Assembly: GCA_041599855.1 (NCBI GenBank)
Contig: JBFILE010000002.1
Location: 1 to 35,630 of the forward strand
DNA length: 35,630 nucleotides
Source of the DNA: Thermoplasmatota archaeon
Lineage (GTDB): Archaea; Thermoplasmatota; SW-10-69-26; JACQPN01; JAJPHT01
Direction: 5' to 3'
Shown: positions 1 through 7,461 of the stretch, piece by piece
Position numbering within the stretch: position 1 is the first letter of the stretch
Layout: every line of letters starts with the position of its first letter
The notes under the pieces: model-generated
What the model saw: the letters and a program-made list of their open reading frames with translations, nothing else
Databases searched by the model: none
Told to the model about the DNA's origin: nothing
Translations under genes and position numbers: made by a program

Positions 1-1442
1 AACTCGCGGTCATAGGTGGCGACGGCCTGGCGTACCACGTCGATCGGCGCTCCAGTCTGGCGGGAGAGGGTGGCGGCCCCGCCCCCGTAGACCTTGCCGA
101 AGCCCACGCCCTTAGCGATCTTGCGCTCGTCCTTCGTGAACTCGGGGCCGTACAGGATCGCGGCGGTGTAGTCATGGAGGTCCACGCCCGAGGCGATGGC
201 GTCCTTCATCTTCTGCTCGTCGGCCATGGCGGCCAGTACCCTCATCTCGACCTGGGAGTAGTCGGCGGCCCAGAGGATGGTCCCGGGGTCGGCCACGATG
301 GCCCGCCTGATTTGCCAGTCGCCCGAGGGGAGTTGCTGGAGCGGTGGGCGGGCCACGCTCATCCGTGCGGTGCGCGCCTGGAGGGAGTTAATCTTCGGAT
401 GGATGCGGCCCTCGGCGTCCACGTCTTCGAGCATCGGGAGGGCGTAGGTCACCATCCACTTACCGGCCCGCTTGGCCTTCTGGACCGAGGAGGCCACGGG
501 GTTACCCTCGGCGCTCAGGATGTCCAGCACGGCCTTGTCCACTTTCGGCTTGCCGGTCGGCGTGAACTCCTCGCACTTCCACCCGAGGCCGGTGAGAGCG
601 GCGGCCACCTGGGCGGTACTGTTCACATTCTCCACGCCCCACTGGCGGGCCTCGGCCAGGCCCTCGGCCTCACGCTCTTCGAGCCATGGGAGGAGCGAGC
701 CCTCCACGTAGTCGGCATCCACGAGGAGGCCGCGGCGCTCCATACGGGCGCAGAGGTCGGCCACCTCCCGCTCGAAGGCGTAGAGGCGCAGGAGGTCGCG
801 GTCCTTCGCCTGGGCCATGAGGATGTCGAAGAGGCGGGCGGTCAGGATTGTGTCGAGCCCGGCGTATCGCACATAGTCGGGATGGTCGAGGGGGACCTCG
901 GCCCACCCGGTCCCGCCGGTCCAGCCTTCGGCCTTGAAGAGGTCCTTCAGGACCTTCTGGCCCTCACCCGAGGCGGCGGGGTCAATGTAGGCGTCGGAGA
1001 GGTCCTTCAGACCGTGGCCCATCCCGCCCTCCGACTTCGCCCGTGGGTCGAGGAGGTGGGAGAGGGTGCGCGTGTCGTGCCAGTCGGAGGGGGCGAGGTC
1101 TTCGAGGGGGAGCACCCCGGCCACGTCCAGCACGAGGCGGTCGTAGGTGGAGTTATGGAAGATGAGCGAGCGCCCCACGAGGAGGCGGCCCACCTCGGCC
1201 CGGGTGGCGGCGTTCATACGCTCGATGGGGAGGACGAAGGCCTCCGTGGCGGTGCCGACCTGGAGGAGGCGGGGGCGGAAGCCCTGCCGGTACTGGTCGA
1301 GCCCGGTGGTCTCGGTGTCCACGGCCACGGGGCCCTGGAGGGCGAGCCAATCGGCGAAGGCGTAGAGGTCATCGGAGTAGAAGACCGAGAGGGATTCTCC
1401 AGCGACCTTGACCGAGAGGACGGTCCCGTTCGCGAGCTTCAT
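1..1442 (-). CDS. DNA polymerase I (family A), N-terminal ~480 aa; rest of gene beyond left edge
   Basis: Absent from the ORF track because it runs off the window. Hand translation from ATG 1442..1440 gives MKLANGTVLSVKVAGESLSVFYSDDLYAFADWLALQGPVAVDTETTGLDQYRQGF... It contains exo motif DTETTGL, pol motif A DYSQVEMRVLA and motif B RKIAKGVGFGKVYG. The + ORF 174..1514 is its antisense shadow. Confidence 0.9.
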   Translation of the reverse strand, partial: MKLANGTVLSVKVAGESLSVFYSDDLYAFADWLALQGPVAVDTETTGLDQYRQGFRPRLLQVGTATEAFVLPIERMNAATRAEVGRLLVGRSLIFHNSTYDRLVLDVAGVLPLEDLAPSDWHDTRTLSHLLDPRAKSEGGMGHGLKDLSDAYIDPAASGEGQKVLKDLFKAEGWTGGTGWAEVPLDHPDYVRYAGLDTILTARLFDILMAQAKDRDLLRLYAFEREVADLCARMERRGLLVDADYVEGSLLPWLEEREAEGLAEARQWGVENVNSTAQVAAALTGLGWKCEEFTPTGKPKVDKAVLDILSAEGNPVASSVQKAKRAGKWMVTYALPMLEDVDAEGRIHPKINSLQARTARMSVARPPLQQLPSGDWQIRRAIVADPGTILWAADYSQVEMRVLAAMADEQKMKDAIASGVDLHDYTAAILYGPEFTKDERKIAKGVGFGKVYGGGAATLSRQTGAPIDVVRQAVATYDRE

Positions 1443-1606
1443 CGCGGCCCGAGGATCGTGACCTCGAAGACGAAGCGGCGGCCGCCTGTCCGCTTGTCGG
1501 TGCTGAACTCGTAGAGGCGGCGGTCCGTGAAGACCCACCACTTCCGCCATACCGCTGAGCGGGCCCGCCCGAACGTGAACGGGCCGACCTGGCGGGGGCG
1601 CTTCAC
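1439..1606 (-). CDS. hypothetical small protein (55 aa)
   Basis: Below the 60-aa track cutoff. GTG 1606..1604 overlaps the TGA of 1603..1794 (GTGA). Its own TGA 1441..1439 overlaps the polymerase ATG (ATGA). Hand translation: VKRPRQVGPFTFGRARSAVWRKWWVFTDRRLYEFSTDKRTGGRRFVFEVTILGPR. Confidence 0.4.
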   Translation of the reverse strand: MKRPRQVGPFTFGRARSAVWRKWWVFTDRRLYEFSTDKRTGGRRFVFEVTILGPR

Positions 1607-1794
1607 GCGAAGCTCCGAGGGGTGACGGTGGTGAGTACCGCGCCCTCAGGCTCCAGGGGGTCCCGGAAGTATTCCTCCAGGTCGGCGAGGAGCGAGGCGG
1701 GGATGCACTCCGTGGCCATCGGGCACGTGGCGCACCCTCCGGAGGAGCCCTCGATACCGCAGGGGTCGAACGTCTCGGGGTCGTACTTGTCCAT
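1603..1794 (-). CDS. hypothetical Cys-rich small protein (63 aa)
   Basis: Track ORF. ATG 1794 lies exactly 3 nt after a class-2 motif copy and has no SD. Cysteine cluster CGIEGSSGGCATCPMATEC. Confidence 0.6.
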   Translation of the reverse strand: MDKYDPETFDPCGIEGSSGGCATCPMATECIPASLLADLEEYFRDPLEPEGAVLTTVTPRSFA

Positions 1795-1797
1795 GGT

Positions 1798-1830
1798 GGA
1801 GGTGTCGGCCCCCGTTGTGCCTCGTGCTCA
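1798..1830 (-). promoter_or_regulatory. class-2 bipartite motif, copy a
   Basis: Coding strand TGAGCAC-N14-GCCGACACCTCC, then 3 nt, then ATG 1794. Confidence 0.55.
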
Positions 1831-1843
1831 CGAGAACGAAGAA

Positions 1844-1876
1844 GGCCCCCCCTCCCCGAGGTGGGGAGAGGGGGCC
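1844..1876 (-). terminator. intrinsic-terminator-like hairpin after gene 1889..2134
   Basis: GGCCCCCCCTCCCC / GGGGAGAGGGGGCC, 13 of 14 bp paired, 5-nt loop, followed on the coding strand by UUCUUCGUUCU. Confidence 0.6.
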
Positions 1877-1888
1877 GGTGGGGGAGGG

Positions 1889-2134
1889 TCAGTCGTAGGT
1901 GATGGAGGTGATGGGTGATGTCCGGATGGGCTCGCGCGCTTCTCCTACGAGGCCAGCGAGGGGGCGACCCACCTCGATCGGGCCGATGGCGGTGAAGTCC
2001 TCGGCCTCGATGAGGTCGTAGCGGGCCTCCCCATCGGGGCCGACCATCACGGAGTCCGAGACTCGGGTGATGGTATCCCCGCCGATGATGTAGTAGGTGC
2101 TCCCGGAGGTGGTGGTGATTGTCGTGATGTCCAT
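1889..2134 (-). CDS. hypothetical protein (81 aa), leaderless
   Basis: Track ORF 1889..2173 trimmed to ATG 2134 (MDITTITTT...), 7 nt downstream of the TATGGT of promoter cassette P1. The upstream residues MLTLERQACMVTL are translated promoter DNA. Confidence 0.65.
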   Translation of the reverse strand: MDITTITTTSGSTYYIIGGDTITRVSDSVMVGPDGEARYDLIEAEDFTAIGPIEVGRPLAGLVGEAREPIRTSPITSITYD

Positions 2135-2171
2135 GAGTGTAACCATACACGCTTGACGCTCAAGAGTCAAC
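2132..2171 (-). promoter_or_regulatory. class-1 promoter/operator cassette P1
   Basis: -35 TTGACT (2170..2165), 17-nt spacer, -10 TATGGT (2147..2142), 7 nt, ATG 2134. Two mismatches to the P2/P4 40-mer. Confidence 0.7.
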
Positions 2172-2387
2172 ATATTCGGGCGAAGTTTCTTGGGCCTCGA
2201 TCCAAACCCGAGCCCCGCATGAGTCGGGGGTCTCCGACTGCACGAAGACGGCGGCCACCTGCGCGCATCCGCACGGGCAGATGATGGCGAGACGGCGGTG
2301 GTGGGTAGAGCCCCGGTATGTGCGGTCGATGATGGCGGGCTCCCCCTTCCTGATCTTCTGTTGATGGACGTGTAGAACGTGCTTCAT
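2160..2387 (-). CDS. hypothetical protein (75 aa)
   Basis: Track ORF. ATGA overlap with the primase stop (2384..2387). The last codons (EYVDS-stop) overlap the -35 of P1. Confidence 0.65.
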   Translation of the reverse strand: MKHVLHVHQQKIRKGEPAIIDRTYRGSTHHRRLAIICPCGCAQVAAVFVQSETPDSCGARVWIEAQETSPEYVDS

Positions 2388-4882
2388 GACTTTCCCACGG
2401 GGCGGACATCGTGCTCAGGGTCGGGACCATCCGAGAGACCGGCGGCGGCCTCCTCTGCGGTCAGGAGGCGCATGCCGAGGAGAGCCCACTCAGGGCGGCC
2501 AGCGATGCGGACCTTGGCGCGGCCGTAGCCCTTCTCCTCCATGGATTCGTAGAACGCTCGGGGGCTCCAGATGTCGGACTCCTTCACGCCCTCCTCGATG
2601 AGGTGGCCCTTCCAGCGCTCAAAGACATCCTTCGCCCGGACTCGCCCGTTCTCCTCGGGGCGGACGTAGAGGTCCACGAAGCCGAGGAGGCCATCGGCGG
2701 CGTCCCGGTAGGCGGAGGTCGCCCGGCGGACCGACTCGGGCTCGTGGAGAGCGTCCAGGTCGTACCACTCCACGGCCCCGGCCACGGCCCAGGCCAGGAT
2801 GCCCTCGTACTCGGCCCGGAGGTCTCGGGTGAGGTGGTGGTCACGGTCCGCTTCGGCGAAGTACCGCTTGAACGGAATCATCTTGACGCGTCGCCAGAGG
2901 CCCTCGTCCTGGCCCTTGAAGCGGGGCTTGTGATTCGTGGCCAGGAGGATGAGGAAGGTGGGGCGGAACTCGAAGAACTCCTGGCGCATGAAGCGGGCCG
3001 AGATGAGGTCCTGTCCCGTGACGCGCTTGATAACGGACTCTGCCATGAGGCGGCCCTGTTCACCCTCGGAGGCGAAGACCAGGCGGGCCCCGTTGAGGGC
3101 GGCGAGGTCGTTCGGGATTCCGCCCGAGGGCTTCTGCTCGAAGGTCGAGAAGGGCGTGGTGGTCGAGATGGCTCGGAAGACCTCGGTGAGGGTGTCCGTG
3201 AGAACACTCTTCCCGTTCGCCCCCGTGCCCCAGAGGACGGCGAAGGCCTGCTCCGAGGTCTCGCCCGTGATGCCGTAGCCCACTAGGCGGCGCATGAAGG
3301 CGGGCATCTCGGCGTCCTCTGGGAAGATTTCCGTGAGGAAGCGCTCCCACCTCGGGCACGCTGCGGAGGGGTCATACCGCACGGGGATGCAGCGAGTGAG
3401 GAGGTCCTCTCTACGGTGCGGTCCGAGCTTGCCCGTGCGGAGGTCTACGGTGCCGTTCGCCACGCTCAAGAGGTGGTGGTGAGAGTCCATCCTCTCGTGG
3501 TCCTCGAAGACCATAGCCTCAAGTTCACGGAGCACGCCCCCGAGGAGGAGGGAGGACTCGAAGCGCTCGGCGGCCTTACGCTGCGCCTTCCACTCGGCCT
3601 CTTCGTCCTGGCTCAGGAAGCCGGAGACCTCGTGCTTAGCGAGCATGTCGGCGGCCTCTTCGTGTAGGGCCTCCACCATCCCTTGAGCGTTCCTGCGGGT
3701 GCGGTGGCCGGAGCGGTCATGCGTCCAGTGCGTCCCCTCCCAGAGGAAGAAGCCGAGGCCCTCGGCGTAGAGGACGCCCGGGCCCCCGTCAGAGAGGCGG
3801 TCCCGGAGGCGGCGGGCCATGGCCACCTCCGTGAAGCGGCCCCCCTCGGGGGAGTGCGAGGTGGCGGCGGCCGGGTGGCGTGCGGCCTCCACGGCCTCCA
3901 CGAAGGAAGTCCGGAAGCCTCGGGGGTCGGCCTCGTGCCAGGCGGTGACATCCCCCGCCCCATCGGGAGCGGTCCGCCATCCGAGCACGTAGACATCTAG
4001 CCCGGCCTCCTCGAAGACGGAGAGGAGGGTGGCGTTATAGGCGCGCCCGGCGTCGTCGTCGTCCCCGGCCAGGACCACGCGGCGGCCACGAAGGCCCTCA
4101 ATGAGTTCAGCCTGTAGGGCCTCGTTCCTCGTGACGGCGGCCCCACGGATGGCGAGAGCGTCGAAGCCTGCCGAGGAGACCGTGAGAGCGTCCCCAGGGC
4201 CCTCGGTGAGCACGACCGTATCGAGGCCGGTCTGGCGGTCCACGAAGGCGAACTTAGAGAACGTGCGGGCCCCGTCGTCGGGGTTACAGGGGGCGCTCCA
4301 GCGGACGATGTGGTCCCGGAGGGCACGGGCCTGGAGGCCGGTCGTGATGCCGTCGAAGTCGCGGAAGGCGACGGTAATCCGAGGGACCTGGAGGTAGGTC
4401 GATGCGAAGTCTAGCGGCCCGTCGTACCACGCGCCCCCAGGGTCAAAGCCCACGCCCAGAGCGGCGGCGTCCTCGGGGGCCAGGCCGAAGCGGTTACGGA
4501 CGTACTGGCGGGCCTCCTCGGCCACCTCGCCAGCGTCCTCCACGAGGCGGGTGGAGCATTGGAGGGTGTAGTAACGAAGGGCGGCGATGTCCTCGGGGGC
4601 GGGCCCGGGGCGGTCGGCCTGCGCCTTCGAGACGGGGAGCGAGGTGTCCGGGCGGTCGTCGGCCGAGAAGAGGTCCGAGGTAGTGAGGCCCATGGCCTTG
4701 ACCACGGTGGCCACGGTGCACCCTGAGCGACAGTGCACGAGGAGGCGGCCGTCCTTCGCGTCCTGGCCCACGAGGAGGCTCGGGGAATGATCGGCGTGGC
4801 CAGGGCACACGGCGACATAATCGCCCTTACCATCGGGGCCGTAGTAGTCATCGAGACGGGCGAGGAATGCGGAGAGCTTCAT
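2384..4882 (-). CDS. bifunctional DNA primase / D5-P4-type helicase (832 aa)
   Basis: N-terminal zinc-binding CPGHADHSPSL...HCRSGC. Toprim-like TEGPGDALTV and LAGDDDDAGRAY. C-terminal Walker A VLWGTGANGKSV, as in P4/D5-family primase-helicases. Confidence 0.9.
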   Translation of the reverse strand: MKLSAFLARLDDYYGPDGKGDYVAVCPGHADHSPSLLVGQDAKDGRLLVHCRSGCTVATVVKAMGLTTSDLFSADDRPDTSLPVSKAQADRPGPAPEDIAALRYYTLQCSTRLVEDAGEVAEEARQYVRNRFGLAPEDAAALGVGFDPGGAWYDGPLDFASTYLQVPRITVAFRDFDGITTGLQARALRDHIVRWSAPCNPDDGARTFSKFAFVDRQTGLDTVVLTEGPGDALTVSSAGFDALAIRGAAVTRNEALQAELIEGLRGRRVVLAGDDDDAGRAYNATLLSVFEEAGLDVYVLGWRTAPDGAGDVTAWHEADPRGFRTSFVEAVEAARHPAAATSHSPEGGRFTEVAMARRLRDRLSDGGPGVLYAEGLGFFLWEGTHWTHDRSGHRTRRNAQGMVEALHEEAADMLAKHEVSGFLSQDEEAEWKAQRKAAERFESSLLLGGVLRELEAMVFEDHERMDSHHHLLSVANGTVDLRTGKLGPHRREDLLTRCIPVRYDPSAACPRWERFLTEIFPEDAEMPAFMRRLVGYGITGETSEQAFAVLWGTGANGKSVLTDTLTEVFRAISTTTPFSTFEQKPSGGIPNDLAALNGARLVFASEGEQGRLMAESVIKRVTGQDLISARFMRQEFFEFRPTFLILLATNHKPRFKGQDEGLWRRVKMIPFKRYFAEADRDHHLTRDLRAEYEGILAWAVAGAVEWYDLDALHEPESVRRATSAYRDAADGLLGFVDLYVRPEENGRVRAKDVFERWKGHLIEEGVKESDIWSPRAFYESMEEKGYGRAKVRIAGRPEWALLGMRLLTAEEAAAGLSDGPDPEHDVRPVGKS

Positions 4883-5007
4883 GAGTTGCGGAGGGGGTCC
4901 TTCAGGATTTCGGCGAGGTGTTCGGCGGGCCCGATGTCGATGGCGTACCGCAGGCGGAGGACGGCCACGGCGAGGTGGAGGGCGAAGGCGAAGGCGAGGC
5001 GTCTCAC
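4879..5007 (-). CDS. hypothetical small membrane-like protein (42 aa)
   Basis: Below the track cutoff. GTG 5007..5005 overlaps the TGA of 5004..5477 (GTGA) and its TGA overlaps the primase ATG (ATGA). Hand translation VRRLAFAFALHLAVAVLRLRYAIDIGPAEHLAEILKDPLRNS, with a hydrophobic N-terminus. Confidence 0.35.
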   Translation of the reverse strand: MRRLAFAFALHLAVAVLRLRYAIDIGPAEHLAEILKDPLRNS

Positions 5008-5477
5008 GCTGCGGCGTTCCGGAGGCGGGTGGCGGCGGAGTGGCGGCGCTTATTGATCTTCGAGAGCGGCCAGCCGAGAAACTCGGCGGCCTGGCGGTGG
5101 GTCATCGGGTCGCCCTCGAATCCGTAGAGGAGGCGGAGCGTTACTCGCTCCTCGATGCTGAGGGAGGCGAGGAGGTCGCCCACGTCGGCGGCCAGCCGGT
5201 CCTCGGCCTCGATATCGGCCTCGGTGCGGTGGTCCTGCGTGAAGCTCTGGAGAGCGTCGTACCCGTTCGAGAAGTAATCGGTCACGATGGGGCGGCGCTT
5301 GTCCACCAAGGGGCCGCGCTGGCGGTTGTGGGGGTGGAGGGGGTCGTCCAGCGGAGAGACGGCCTGGCGGGCCTCTGCGGGGGAGAGGCCTTCGAGGCGG
5401 TGGAGGAAGTACCCCTGCCTTACGTCCTCGTTCGTAATGTCACGGGCCTCCTCGATGAGGGCGTTAGCGTCGATCAT
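5004..5477 (-). CDS. sigma-70 region-4-like HTH protein (possible phage sigma factor or -35-type DNA binder), 157 aa
   Basis: C-terminal LSIEERVTLRLLYGFEGDPMTHRQAAEFLGWPLSKINKRRHSAATRLR fits the sigma70 region 4.2 pattern. No clear region 2 seen by eye. ATG 5477 lies 3 nt after a class-2 motif copy. Confidence 0.7.
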   Translation of the reverse strand: MIDANALIEEARDITNEDVRQGYFLHRLEGLSPAEARQAVSPLDDPLHPHNRQRGPLVDKRRPIVTDYFSNGYDALQSFTQDHRTEADIEAEDRLAADVGDLLASLSIEERVTLRLLYGFEGDPMTHRQAAEFLGWPLSKINKRRHSAATRLRNAAA

Positions 5478-5480
5478 GAT

Positions 5481-5513
5481 GGAGGTGTCGGCCCCGAGGT
5501 CGAGCGGTGCCCA
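5481..5513 (-). promoter_or_regulatory. class-2 bipartite motif, copy b (upstream of the sigma-like gene)
   Basis: TGGGCAC-N14-GCCGACACCTCC, then 3 nt, then ATG 5477. Confidence 0.55.
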
Positions 5514-5521
5514 GACGCTAA

Positions 5522-5553
5522 GAAGCCCCCCACCTCGGAAGGCGGGGGGCTTC
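5522..5553 (-). terminator. hairpin after gene 5564..5830
   Basis: Perfect 10-bp stem GAAGCCCCCC / GGGGGGCTTC with a 12-nt loop. Confidence 0.55.
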
Positions 5554-5563
5554 GGGGGGAGGC

Positions 5564-5830
5564 TCAGAGGAGGACCGTGGTCCCGTTCCGCACGTCGAAG
5601 GCTACGTCCTGGTCGGCCACGATGCCGAGGAGGGCTTCGGCGGCCCGGAAGTCCATCCCGTGCTCCATGAGCATTGAGGCGGCCCGGTTGCCGGTGGCCG
5701 TGCGGAAGGCTCCGTCCCGGAACATTCCGAAGACGGCGAGGTCATGGCCGAAGTTCGAGGCGCTACCCGGGGCGAGGCGCTCCAGGCGGACGGCGAGAGT
5801 GTCGGTGCGGGTGGGGTGGGTCGTGTTCAT
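5564..5830 (-). CDS. hypothetical protein (88 aa), leaderless
   Basis: Track ORF 5564..5866 trimmed to ATG 5830 (MNTTHPTRT...), 7 nt downstream of the TATGGT of cassette P2. Confidence 0.65.
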   Translation of the reverse strand: MNTTHPTRTDTLAVRLERLAPGSASNFGHDLAVFGMFRDGAFRTATGNRAASMLMEHGMDFRAAEALLGIVADQDVAFDVRNGTTVLL

Positions 5831-5867
5831 AGGTGTAACCATACACGCTTGACGCTCAAGAGTCAAC
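5828..5867 (-). promoter_or_regulatory. class-1 promoter/operator cassette P2
   Basis: -35 TTGACT (5866..5861), -10 TATGGT (5843..5838), ATG 5830. The 40-mer is identical to P4. Confidence 0.7.
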
Positions 5868-5947
5868 GTCCCACGGGAGATTTCTTCGGCGGTACCGGCG
5901 GAGCGCTCGGAGGGTGACCTCGTGCCAGATGTAGCGGGCCTCGCGGA

Positions 5948-6313
5948 TCACGAGAAGGGGTCGAACTCGCACGCGCACGAGCGGCGGGCGGCCTCCATGA
6001 GGCGGCGGTGCTCCTCGATCGTGGTGACGGCGTAGCCCTCGCCAATCGGGCGGCCGTGCTTCTTCACGTAGACCACGGACCAAGGGAAGCCCGCCTGGTC
6101 GGCCTGGGCCCGGGCGTCCTTCACCCATCCGGCGAGGTCGAACTTCCGGACGGCCTTGGCCTGGATCACGAAGGGCCAGACGTGGAGGTCTCCCACGTCG
6201 AAGCGGCCCTCCTGGGCGGCGCGGCGAGCGTGGCCGAGGAGGGGGACCTCCCGGAGGTAGTCCCGGATGCGGGACTCCCACTCGGTGCCGATAGCCTTCG
6301 GTCGGTTGCTCAT
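5948..6313 (-). CDS. PD-(D/E)XK nuclease, Holliday-junction-resolvase-like (121 aa)
   Basis: Track ORF 5948..6367 trimmed to ATG 6313, which has a GGAGGAG SD 8 nt upstream. GTEWESRIRDYL...FDVGDL...VIQAKA resembles the Hjc/endonuclease D...(E/Q)xK signature. Confidence 0.7.
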   Translation of the reverse strand: MSNRPKAIGTEWESRIRDYLREVPLLGHARRAAQEGRFDVGDLHVWPFVIQAKAVRKFDLAGWVKDARAQADQAGFPWSVVYVKKHGRPIGEGYAVTTIEEHRRLMEAARRSCACEFDPFS

Positions 6314-6531
6314 ACGAGAAGCTCCTCCGAGAGGTAGCGGTAGTGAGTGCCGTGGCATATGCACCACTTAAGGGCGTAGATGGAACGAACAGAGCCCGCC
6401 CCCGTGCGGTGGGAGCGGGCTATCCGTTCGGGCGGTGCCGAGGTGGGGGAGGCCCGGAAAGTGTCGCCATCGTGCGGACCGAAGCGGTACGGGATGGGGA
6501 ACCTTCCGGGCTCTCCCGAGGGGGTGGTCAC
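6310..6531 (-). CDS. hypothetical protein (73 aa)
   Basis: Track ORF with a GTG start. Its TGA overlaps the ATG of 5948..6313 (ATGA). It starts 1 nt after the stop of 6533..6706. Coding quality is uncertain. Confidence 0.45.
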   Translation of the reverse strand: MTTPSGEPGRFPIPYRFGPHDGDTFRASPTSAPPERIARSHRTGAGSVRSIYALKWCICHGTHYRYLSEELLV

Positions 6532-6532
6532 G

Positions 6533-6706
6533 TCACTCGGTTGGCTTCGCTCGCACGATGCCGAGCCACAAGGCCAGGAGCCAGGACGCCCCCACGGCCT
6601 CGAAGAAGGAGACCGAGACGCCCAGGATGCCGAGGGCCACCATGAGGGCCCACGGGGCCACCACGAGGGACAGGACGATGAGGAAGATGACGAGAGCGGC
6701 GCTCAC
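6533..6706 (-). CDS. small membrane protein (57 aa, two predicted TM helices)
   Basis: Below the track cutoff. GTG 6706..6704 overlaps the TGA of 6703..7383 (GTGA). Hand translation VSAALVIFLIVLSLVVAPWALMVALGILGVSVSFFEAVGASWLLALWLGIVRAKPTE. Confidence 0.5.
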   Translation of the reverse strand: MSAALVIFLIVLSLVVAPWALMVALGILGVSVSFFEAVGASWLLALWLGIVRAKPTE

Positions 6707-7383
6707 GAATCGCCCCCGGGGAAGACATCGGACGGGGCCGGGCCCGTGACGGTGAGCACGGGCTTCGTGTAGCTGACCTCACGGCCCGCCTTCGTCGTGT
6801 AGTTGACAGGGACGAGAGTGAGCTTCCCGAGAGCGGGGCCGTCGATCTTGGCCAGCTTCTCCTCGGCCTCGCCGATCTCTGCGGCCATGGACCACGAGCC
6901 AGACATGAAGCGGAGCTTCCCGAGGTCGGGGAGGTCGGCGAGGCGGAAGTAGACCTGGATCGAGGGGTCGCACCCGGTCCCGGCCTTCGAGGCCTCCTTA
7001 CGCTCGGTGATCTTCTGCGGGCAGGCGCAAGCGCTCCCGTCCTTCTGCGTGACGCCATCGCACGAGCGGATCATGGCGTTACGGCCCCAGAGGACCATCC
7101 CGGACTTTACCGCGCTCGGGCCGTCCAGGATGACATCCACCTCGGTGGCGGAGGTGTAGACCTCCAGGACTTCTTCGGTCGGGGTGTCCCACTCGGCGGG
7201 CTCGCCCCCGAGGAGGTCGGCCACGGCCTTCGCCACGTCGGGGTCGCCCGTCGTGAAACGCCACTCGGTCAGAGCCATCGGGCGGCCCTGGACCAGAGCG
7301 CCAGAGCGGAAGCGGCCCACGAGGTCATCGAGGGGTTTACGGGGGGCGGCGTCGGGGTCAACGTCAAAGATCTTCAGGGCCAC
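6703..7383 (-). CDS. conserved phage protein; possible ssDNA-binding/annealing partner of the adjacent exonuclease (function inferred from position only)
   Basis: Track ORF. GTG start with AGGAGG 6 nt upstream. Cys cluster CDG...GSACACP...GCDP. Lies directly downstream of the exonuclease gene. Confidence 0.75.
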   Translation of the reverse strand: MALKIFDVDPDAAPRKPLDDLVGRFRSGALVQGRPMALTEWRFTTGDPDVAKAVADLLGGEPAEWDTPTEEVLEVYTSATEVDVILDGPSAVKSGMVLWGRNAMIRSCDGVTQKDGSACACPQKITERKEASKAGTGCDPSIQVYFRLADLPDLGKLRFMSGSWSMAAEIGEAEEKLAKIDGPALGKLTLVPVNYTTKAGREVSYTKPVLTVTGPAPSDVFPGGDS

Positions 7384-7430
7384 GTGGGCCTCCTCTTGGG
7401 GGTAGTGCTGCGGTGTGTAGGGATGGAGTT

Positions 7431-7454
7431 CCCCCCTCCTCAGCGGGAGGGGGG
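7431..7454 (-). other. 9-bp GC hairpin in the leader of gene 6703..7383
   Basis: CCCCCCTCC-TCAGCG-GGAGGGGGG, between class-2 copy e and the AGGAGG SD. Confidence 0.45.
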
Positions 7455-7461
7455 CCTCGGT

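Noticed and set aside
174-1514. 446-aa + strand ORF, the longest + ORF at the left end
   Set aside because: It is antisense to a clear family-A DNA polymerase reading frame (exo and pol motifs on the minus strand). Its Gly/His/Val/Glu-rich low-complexity composition is typical of shadow ORFs in GC-rich DNA.
1443-1550. Upstream in-frame ATG at 1550 as an alternative polymerase start
   Set aside because: The added 36 aa (MAEVVGLHGPPPLRVQHRQADRRPPLRLRGHDPRAA) look non-coding. The overlapping 55-aa ORF in another frame has better composition and GTGA/ATGA coupling at both ends.
1798-1809. GGAGGTG of the class-2 motif read on the + strand as Shine-Dalgarno sites for + strand genes
   Set aside because: No ATG/GTG at a usable distance and no + strand ORF follows in any of the five copies. 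The fixed 3-nt distance to minus-strand ATGs argues that the element belongs to the minus strand.
1889-2173. N-terminal extensions (M)LTLERQACMVTPM shared by track ORFs 1889..2173, 5564..5866, 9328..10197 and 35123..35404, considered as a conserved signal or paralogous domain
   Set aside because: The shared peptide is the translation of the 40-bp promoter cassette itself. The internal ATG lies exactly at the predicted +1, so the extensions are ORF-caller artefacts.
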